Origin: Lentisphaeria bacterium
Lineage (GTDB): Bacteria > Verrucomicrobiota > Lentisphaeria > Victivallales > UBA1829
Direction: 5' to 3'
DNA: 64,000 nt
Assembly: GCA_017963105.1 (NCBI GenBank)
Contig: JAGCTY010000111.1
Location: 4,943-68,942 of the forward strand
Numbering within the stretch: position 1 is the first letter of the stretch; each line of letters starts with the position of its first letter. The notes under the pieces were generated by a model. That model was not told where the DNA came from, made no database searches, and was given only the letters and a program-made list of their open reading frames with translations. Position numbers and translations under genes: made by a program. Below, one piece after another: positions 56,059-64,000 of the stretch.

Positions 56059-58476
56059 ATGGCGACCTCAACCTGCACTGTTTCATCCGGCGTTACGTCC
56101 AGCAACCTTGCCATGGGCGAGAATGAGCTCATGTATATGTATATCCTGGGCGAGGGCGTCGCGCTTTCATGCACGGCAATAAACGGCGGTCAAATCCATG
56201 CGTCGGCCGGAGGTGTGGCCAAGGAAACGATCGTTTTCAACTCCGGCTGGCTGATGCTGTCCGGCGGCAACGGGCTTTCCACGACGCTGAGCAGCGGCGG
56301 CAGCGAAACGATCGCGAACGACGGCAGGGAAACGAGCGCTTCCGTCCTGGACGGCGGCGTCATGTACGTCAACCGCGGCGTTTGCGACGGGGCGAAGGTC
56401 TATCTCGGCGGCCTGGTTCAGGCGACCGGCATCGTCAACGCCGCTACGGTATCCAGCGGCGGACGCGTCGAAATAAAGTCCGGCGGGAAAGCCCAGGAAT
56501 GCGTGGTGGCGGACGGCGGGACGCTCCTGATCCTGAGCAGCGGAATCGCCCAGAGCAACACCGTTCGCGGGGGCGGCCTGATGAGGGCGATGGAGAATAC
56601 AAGGCTCCTCTTCACGACTGTCGGCAAGACCGGGGCCGGGACCGCCCGTCTGCAGATCAGCGGCGGCTCCTCGTTCTACACCTCGGTCTATGCCGGGGGC
56701 GCCGTATCGTTCGAAAACAACGAAGCGCTCAGAAGCACGACGGTCATCAGCGGAGGCATCATCCAGGGAGGCGACCTGCTCCTGTCGAGCAATTCCGCCG
56801 ACGAAGACGCGGGCCGGTGCACGGTCAGGTTCGAGAACGGCGGCACGGCCACGCTCTCGAACCTCACGATCAGGACCGGCGGCCTGATGCAGGTGGATTC
56901 CCGGACCACGGTGCATTTCCGGAACATTACCCTCGACGGCAATCAGAGCGGGTTCAAGATGACCGGAATGGCGACCTACGATCCGGCGTCCGGGACCTGC
57001 CGGAAGCTGCTGGACTGCACCGCGGAGACGACGGAGCTCTGGACGGACGCCCAGTACCGGACGCTTCTGAACACGACGGATGCAATCTACGACCATGCGT
57101 TTCTCTATAAGGACGGGGACCTGTATCTGCGCGGGATCGCGCATGTCTCCTCCGAAGGAACCGGTGAGGAGGCGTTTGCCACGGTTCAGGCCGCATTGGA
57201 GATGGACCCGACCGGGCTTGTCATCGAGGCCGGAACCTACGATCTGACGGACAACATCCCCGTGTTCGAGGGCGTCACGACGACCATCAACGACGGATTG
57301 TTTACGACCAGTGTCTGCGGCGGCAGCTACTACCGCGCGCCCGCGGCGCCTCCGGAATCCATGGAGTTCGACAACATCGGCGGGTCCGGAAACGAACAGA
57401 ACATTTCCCTCACGATCAACGGCGGAACCTTCAACAAGATCGTGTTCGCCGGGGATCGCGTGAACCGGGACCTTCTGACTCTGACCCGGACCGGCAACAT
57501 CAGCACGACGATCAACGGCGGCGTCTTCAGCCATTCCGTGTCCGGCGCGATGGCCGTCACGGTCGACGCGCTCACCGTCCTGAACAAGCTCGTCGGCAAT
57601 GTCACCCTGACGATCAGGGGCGGGACCTTCAACGATTCGTGGGATTCGACGAAAGAGAAATGGAAAAATGTCGACTGGATCTACGGCGGAAGCATCGCGC
57701 TGACCAAAACGATCGGGGGGACGACCACCATCGACGGCAGCGTGACCGTGACGCTTGACGCGACGAACAACGCCATAACGGTCGCGAACCTGGTCGCAGG
57801 TTCGTACGGATACGGCACGATCACGGGAAACACGAACCTGGTGCTGACCGGAACAAACGGCATTACCGCCACAGGCGAAATCTGGGGCGGCTGCAGCGGC
57901 GACGTCCTGCAATTCACAAAGATCAAGAAAAGCGACAACACCGACAGCGGCAACCGCGCATTGACGACGAAGGTCTCCGGAAAGCGCAAACTCACGTTCT
58001 CCGGATTCAACGGCACGCTCATGTCCGGAGAGAACAAGATCCGGGCGTTCAGCGACCTTGAGTTCAAGGGGAACAGCGATGCGACGGTGGCCAACAGCGG
58101 GACCGGCAGCGTCATTTTCTCCGACATCGTGAACTGGACCTTCGAGAAAGGCAGCAAGCTGACCGGCAATTTCGTCAACGACTTCAACGGCGACACGCTG
58201 AACCTCCTGAAATTCGATACGGCCGGGACTTTCGAGCTGCTGACCGACTCCAGCCTGTCCTCGAACGACATCTTCAACGCCTTCGATCAGCTGTCGGCCA
58301 TCAAGATGGATGGGAATGCCGTGTCGGCCACGTTCACCCAGAACGTCGAGGCGCAGACGATGACGTGGGCCTGGGAGGCCGGTTCGACCCCCGGCGACAC
58401 GCCGGAATCCTGGCTCGGCGGTTCGCTCGAAGTCAACCGGACGACAGGAAAAATGACCCTCACGACGATCGCATGA
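56059..58476 (+). CDS. Leaderless beta-helix protein (805 aa): SGG/AIDA-like N-half plus a C-terminal ~430-aa module shared with the giant protein
   Basis: AGGAG lies 8 nt upstream. Starts MATSTCTVSSG. The C-terminus ...VEAQTMTWAWEAGSTPGDTPESWLGGSLEVNRTTGKMTLTTIA parallels the giant protein C-terminus. Confidence 0.8.
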   Translation: MATSTCTVSSGVTSSNLAMGENELMYMYILGEGVALSCTAINGGQIHASAGGVAKETIVFNSGWLMLSGGNGLSTTLSSGGSETIANDGRETSASVLDGGVMYVNRGVCDGAKVYLGGLVQATGIVNAATVSSGGRVEIKSGGKAQECVVADGGTLLILSSGIAQSNTVRGGGLMRAMENTRLLFTTVGKTGAGTARLQISGGSSFYTSVYAGGAVSFENNEALRSTTVISGGIIQGGDLLLSSNSADEDAGRCTVRFENGGTATLSNLTIRTGGLMQVDSRTTVHFRNITLDGNQSGFKMTGMATYDPASGTCRKLLDCTAETTELWTDAQYRTLLNTTDAIYDHAFLYKDGDLYLRGIAHVSSEGTGEEAFATVQAALEMDPTGLVIEAGTYDLTDNIPVFEGVTTTINDGLFTTSVCGGSYYRAPAAPPESMEFDNIGGSGNEQNISLTINGGTFNKIVFAGDRVNRDLLTLTRTGNISTTINGGVFSHSVSGAMAVTVDALTVLNKLVGNVTLTIRGGTFNDSWDSTKEKWKNVDWIYGGSIALTKTIGGTTTIDGSVTVTLDATNNAITVANLVAGSYGYGTITGNTNLVLTGTNGITATGEIWGGCSGDVLQFTKIKKSDNTDSGNRALTTKVSGKRKLTFSGFNGTLMSGENKIRAFSDLEFKGNSDATVANSGTGSVIFSDIVNWTFEKGSKLTGNFVNDFNGDTLNLLKFDTAGTFELLTDSSLSSNDIFNAFDQLSAIKMDGNAVSATFTQNVEAQTMTWAWEAGSTPGDTPESWLGGSLEVNRTTGKMTLTTIA

Positions 58477-58514
58477 GCCAGGATGCTTCTGTTTTCGGGT
58501 GCTTCTGATTTGTT

Positions 58515-59408
58515 ATGAACGGGAAAGAACGGCACACGGCCAGACGGCTGGCAATCGACCTGCACGACGGTGGAAACATCGTGATCCGGGCGGACGGCCC
58601 GGAGGAGGTGATCCCCTTCGACAGCTTCGGCGCGCTGCTGCGTCTGCCACCGGAAGAGACGGACGAAGGGTTCGCCGACGCGGAACTGCTGGCGCCGGAC
58701 CGGATGCCGGAAGACCGGCACACTCTGGATACGACGGCGCGCACGGAGATCGCATATGCGGCAGACTGGAGCCGGGTGCTGATCGCGGGATGGAAGGAAC
58801 CGCCTCGCCGCCCGCATCATTACTGCTGCTATGTGTGGCAGACGGCCCTGGTCTACGCGGGGATGAACGCCATCCTGCGCGGGGAAAACGCCGTGCTGGC
58901 GCATTGCGCTGCGCTGGAAACGCCCTGCGGCGTGCTTCTGATCTTCGGCGAAAGCGGAATGGGGAAAAGCACGGCCTCGGCACGGTGGCGCGCACACGGC
59001 GGGAAATGCGTCTCGGACGACATGGCGCTGCTGGATTTCAGCGGCTCCGACGGCGTGATCCGCGTCCGCCGGATGCCGACCTGGAGCGCCTGCCGCGAAG
59101 GGAAAAACGAATGGAACTATCCCGCGGGCAAAGAACTCCCGCTGGCCGGGGTCTTGGCGCTGGGACGCAGCGAAAACGGTCGCGACGAGATCGTCGATCT
59201 GAGCCAGGCGCAGTTTTTCGCCCAGTGCTACCGGTCGATGTTCTACTGGAACCTGTTCTATGCCAAGGGTCTGCCGGAAGGAAAAAAGCGGATTCTGACG
59301 GACCGCATCCGGACGCAGGCGGAGACCATAGCGGAACGGTTCGCGCCGCGGGCGCTTCTGACCGTGCTCGAAGGCGATCTTGTAACCTTTCTTGAGGACA
59401 AACTATGA
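58515..59408 (+). CDS. HPr-kinase/phosphorylase C-terminal-domain-like P-loop protein
   Basis: LAHCAALETPCGVLLIFGESGMGKSTASARWRAHGGKCVSDDMALL matches the HprK pattern (G.SG.GKS ... DD). Confidence 0.72.
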   Translation: MNGKERHTARRLAIDLHDGGNIVIRADGPEEVIPFDSFGALLRLPPEETDEGFADAELLAPDRMPEDRHTLDTTARTEIAYAADWSRVLIAGWKEPPRRPHHYCCYVWQTALVYAGMNAILRGENAVLAHCAALETPCGVLLIFGESGMGKSTASARWRAHGGKCVSDDMALLDFSGSDGVIRVRRMPTWSACREGKNEWNYPAGKELPLAGVLALGRSENGRDEIVDLSQAQFFAQCYRSMFYWNLFYAKGLPEGKKRILTDRIRTQAETIAERFAPRALLTVLEGDLVTFLEDKL

Positions 59409-59665
59409 AACTGAATCCATTTGCCGTAATGGCGGAACAATTCGACGGGACGGGCCTGGTGTTCAACCCGGAATCGAACGCGGCGGTCTCACTGAACAAG
59501 ACCGGGGTGTATCTGTGGAACCGGCTGAAAGACGGCGCGACCGAGGCGGAAATGGCGGCGGGCCTGCTGAAAACGTACGACGGAGTGACGGAAGAAAAGG
59601 CCGCCGCGGACGTGAAGGCGTTCATCGAAGAACTGCGAAGCCGTTCCCTGCTGTCGGAGGACTGA
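59405..59665 (+). CDS. PqqD-family protein (RiPP recognition element-type)
   Basis: 86 aa; VFNPESNAAVSLNKTGVYLWNRLKDGATEAEMAAGLLKTYDGVTEEKAAADVKAFIEELRSRSLL. ATGA overlap with the preceding gene. Confidence 0.8.
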   Translation: MKLNPFAVMAEQFDGTGLVFNPESNAAVSLNKTGVYLWNRLKDGATEAEMAAGLLKTYDGVTEEKAAADVKAFIEELRSRSLLSED

Positions 59666-59671
59666 TCCGCC

Positions 59672-60253
59672 ATGGCCGGGCCGGAATTACCGCGCGAGGC
59701 CCGTTACAAGGGCGACAGCATGCGGGGGGTATTCGTCCCCGGGGAAACGCTTTTCCTCGCCGAAACGGCCTTTGAAACGCTTCGGAAAGGCGATGTGGTC
59801 GTGAACTTCGACAGCGATCCGTATTATGTCCACCGGATCGTCGAAAGAAACTCCGACTGCGCCGTCACGATGGGCGACAACAATGACCGACCGGACTCCA
59901 TGAAACTGACGCCGTCCGTCCGGTTCCGGCTCGTGGTCCGTGCTCAGGCCCTGGACGGAACCGTGCGGCAGGTGGCCGCCGGCGAGGCCGGAATGGAGCA
60001 GTTCCGCCGCCATCAGCGCAAACGCCGTCTGCGGAGGTTCGCCGCCCTGCTGATCCGCCCGTTCCGGCCGCTGAAAATCCTGCGGATCCCGGCAAAGACC
60101 GAAACAAGATTCCGCGACGGCACGGTCCAGTGGAGCTGTGCGGGGATCCCCGTGGCCGCCCGCAATCCGTCAGGCAGGACCATGTATCTGCACTGGTCGA
60201 AGCGCCTCTTTTTCCGGATCCCGGCACAAAAAGACAATCCGGGCTCCGAATAG
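59672..60253 (+). CDS. S26B (SipW/Sec11-type) signal-peptidase-I homologue lacking a membrane anchor
   Basis: GDSMRGVF (Ser box, residue 16), YYVHRIV (His box), MGDNNDRPDS (GDNN box). No hydrophobic TM segment anywhere in the 193 aa. Confidence 0.72.
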   Translation: MAGPELPREARYKGDSMRGVFVPGETLFLAETAFETLRKGDVVVNFDSDPYYVHRIVERNSDCAVTMGDNNDRPDSMKLTPSVRFRLVVRAQALDGTVRQVAAGEAGMEQFRRHQRKRRLRRFAALLIRPFRPLKILRIPAKTETRFRDGTVQWSCAGIPVAARNPSGRTMYLHWSKRLFFRIPAQKDNPGSE

Positions 60254-60286
60254 GGAACCCGTCCTTTCAGCAGTTCGGAAGCCTCA

Positions 60287-60673
60287 TCAGAAGAAAAGGG
60301 AAACCGTATCCGCAACGGAATTGGCTCCTGACCGGAGGTCGGACGGCGAGGTGGACAGCGCCGTGAAATAGCCGGAATCGCGCCAGCGGAGCTTGTAGTG
60401 CTTTTTTCCCTTGATCACGGTGAACCCGAGGCGTTCCAGCGCGGCGATCTGTTCGGCCTGTGCCTTCCAGTTTCTGACCTCGTCGCAGACCTCCCGTCGC
60501 AGTTTGGCGCGTTCCCCGGTCTCCTTGTTGCAGGCGAGGATCGCCTCGCACAAATCCTTTCTGCGGCACCGGGCGTCGGCTGGCAGATTGGCGTATTCGC
60601 GCCGGACCAGCTCCAGCAGGAAGTCCCTGATCTCGTCGCGGCAGATTTCATCGACAACAGGCTTTTTCAGCAT
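60287..60673 (-). CDS. Hypothetical protein
   Basis: 128-aa ORF convergent with the peptidase gene. Charged helical N-half; the C-half GFTVIKGKKHYKLRW...STSPSDLRSG faintly resembles HicA. No confident family. Confidence 0.45.
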   Translation of the reverse strand: MLKKPVVDEICRDEIRDFLLELVRREYANLPADARCRRKDLCEAILACNKETGERAKLRREVCDEVRNWKAQAEQIAALERLGFTVIKGKKHYKLRWRDSGYFTALSTSPSDLRSGANSVADTVSLFF

Positions 60674-60759
60674 GGTTCTATGCCTTTTTTCAGTTCAAAA
60701 ACGTTTTATGCCGCAGGAGGCGGACCCGCCCGCGGCCATGCGTCCGGTCGAGAAATGCC

Positions 60760-61689
60760 TTATTCGCCGGAACAGGAATCCTCGACGGCGTGGACGAGCT
60801 GGACGAGCAGGGCGTTCACGGGCACATGGATCCCATGCTTGCGCGCGAGCGAAACGACCGAGCCGTTGATGAAGTCGATCTCGGTTCGGCGCTTGTGGAT
60901 GCGGTCCTGATACATGGAGGAACACCCGGTGCGCGTGAGGACGCAGATCTTGTGAACGAGCTCCAGGATCTCCTCGCGGTCGAAGTCGATGCCGTCTGCC
61001 TTCGCCACGGTCAGCCCCTCGTCGACGATCTGGCGCACGATGTCCCAGCTCGGGCGGTTGGACTGGATGAACCCGTTCTTGACCTCGAGCAGCATGGTCA
61101 GCGGGTTGATCGACATGTTCACGAGCAGTTTTCGCCAGATGAGCACGCGGACGTCGTTCGAGACGGAGATGTCGAGGCCGCATTCGTCGAAGATCGAGCG
61201 GATGAGCTCCACGTGCGGCGAATCCTTGGCGAACGCGCCGATGATGGTCTTGCCGTCCGCCGCGTGCAGGAAATGCCCGCTGCCGAGCAGCGTGCTGTTG
61301 TGGTTCGAGGTGCCGATCACGATGCGGTCGAGCGGCACGAACTTCACGATCTCAAGGTAGTTCCCCATGCCGTTCTGAAGCGAAACCACGACCGTCTTCG
61401 GGCCGATGAGCGACCGGTTCGCCTTCAGCGCGGCGTACGTCTGGTGTGCCTTCACGAAGATCAGCAGGATGTCGACCGGTTCGTGGCGGCCATGTCCGCT
61501 GACTTTCGCCGGGACGTTGAACCGGATCTCCTCGTCGTTTTCGACCATCAGGAGTCCGTTTTTGTTGATCTCGTCGACTTTCGCGGCTCGGTGGTCAAGC
61601 AGCGTGAGGCTGATGTTCGGGTTTTTGCAGAGGTAGGAGGCATAGAGACAGCCCATGGCTCCTGCTCCGAGGATGACGGCGTTCAGCAT
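60760..61689 (-). CDS. panE: 2-dehydropantoate 2-reductase
   Basis: NAVILGAGAMGCLYASYL Rossmann motif and ApbA/PanE layout; 309 aa. Confidence 0.85.
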   Translation of the reverse strand: MLNAVILGAGAMGCLYASYLCKNPNISLTLLDHRAAKVDEINKNGLLMVENDEEIRFNVPAKVSGHGRHEPVDILLIFVKAHQTYAALKANRSLIGPKTVVVSLQNGMGNYLEIVKFVPLDRIVIGTSNHNSTLLGSGHFLHAADGKTIIGAFAKDSPHVELIRSIFDECGLDISVSNDVRVLIWRKLLVNMSINPLTMLLEVKNGFIQSNRPSWDIVRQIVDEGLTVAKADGIDFDREEILELVHKICVLTRTGCSSMYQDRIHKRRTEIDFINGSVVSLARKHGIHVPVNALLVQLVHAVEDSCSGE

Positions 61690-61798
61690 GGCGGTCGGCC
61701 TTTCGCGGAGTGAGTTTGGAAAACAATATCAGAATAATGTAGCACGGAAACGCCTCTTCGTCAAGTTTTTGAGCGGAAAAGAAAGATGTTCGGGCTTT

Positions 61799-62458
61799 TC
61801 AGCGGGGCTTCCGAGCCAGCACGATCCCCTGCGTCAGCAGGATCGCGCGGTTCAAACGCTTTTCGATTATCTCGCCGTGTTCGGCGCAGAGGCGGACGGC
61901 GTCTTCCAGCTGGATGGGGCGCTCGTCGGGGAACCGCCAGATGCCGAGCATTTCGGCGGCGCGGCGGATCATGCGGTAGCTGAACGTGGGAACGGGGAAC
62001 GTGATGAGGACAAGTCCGCCGGGCTTCGCAAGCTCGAAATGACGCCGGATGGCGATCTTCGTCTGTTCCTCGGGAAAATGCTCCACGAGTCCGACGCTGA
62101 ACACGAGGTCGGCGGGCTCGAACGAGGCGGTATCCAGTGTTATGATGTCGGCGCAGACCGCCCTGTACCAATCCGACCAGGGGTGTTTCATCCAGAACAG
62201 CAGCGTGCCGCGCGGATTGCTGTCCACAACGGTATAAAACCCGTCCCACGGAGGGTGTCTTGGATTTGGATCGGGAAATCGGTCGCAGAACGAGCTGTTT
62301 CCGCCGCCGAGTTCGATGATGTGGCGGCTGTCCGGGAATCCGCCCGCGGCGAGGACCATTTTCACGATCCGGTGCGCCGTAATTCGCCGCGTGACGTGCG
62401 CCGTGATGAACGGCTTTTCGTAGTAGCGGGTCCAGTCTGTTGCGGTCATGTCCGGCAT
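61799..62458 (-). CDS. Class I SAM-dependent methyltransferase
   Basis: ATG 62458 (MPDMTATDW...) lies in frame in track ORF 61799..63142. Motif I IIELGGGNSSF. The upstream part of that ORF overlaps tgt and looks non-coding. Confidence 0.72.
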   Translation of the reverse strand: MPDMTATDWTRYYEKPFITAHVTRRITAHRIVKMVLAAGGFPDSRHIIELGGGNSSFCDRFPDPNPRHPPWDGFYTVVDSNPRGTLLFWMKHPWSDWYRAVCADIITLDTASFEPADLVFSVGLVEHFPEEQTKIAIRRHFELAKPGGLVLITFPVPTFSYRMIRRAAEMLGIWRFPDERPIQLEDAVRLCAEHGEIIEKRLNRAILLTQGIVLARKPR

Positions 62459-62487
62459 GTGTTCGACCGATGAATGATTCCGTCCGG

Positions 62488-64000
<1,513 letters not shown>

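Overview
A high-GC (mostly >60%) bacterial chromosomal segment with no rRNA, CRISPR array, transposase or integrase. All calls come from reading motifs by eye; no searches were run. The housekeeping backbone is argH, arfB, rpmH-rnpA-yidD-yidC-jag, an aminotransferase, a TrmH-family methyltransferase, xylulokinase, dnaX, a 6-phosphofructokinase, tRNA-Ser(CGA), panE, tgt and a DJ-1 family gene. Accessory content is interleaved with it. (1) Two leaderless beta-helix/FG-GAP proteins sit in inverted orientation (2..1690 and 7080..10901) and flank a fused PilU-PilT ATPase. (2) A low-GC MarR / nucleotidyltransferase / DUF3990 / DUF3791 x2 islet lies at about 20.6-22.9 kb. (3) A low-GC islet next to tRNA-Ser, together with an adjacent WecE-type aminotransferase, looks like an Arn-like lipid-carrier amino-sugar modification pathway (31.4-36.4 kb). 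(4) The most unusual locus runs from 36.5 to 60.3 kb on one strand: an ABC exporter, a strong sigma70-like promoter, a 5720-aa concatemeric beta-helix gene, an unannotated 48-codon ORF with a lasso-peptide-type leader, an 805-aa paralogue, an HPr-kinase-like protein, a PqqD-type RRE and a soluble SipW/Sec11-type S26 peptidase. No lasso cyclase or B2 protease is present in the window. dnaX also carries an A9 slippery run that gives an immediate stop in the -1 frame. The many long antisense ORFs in the track are GC-driven artefacts.
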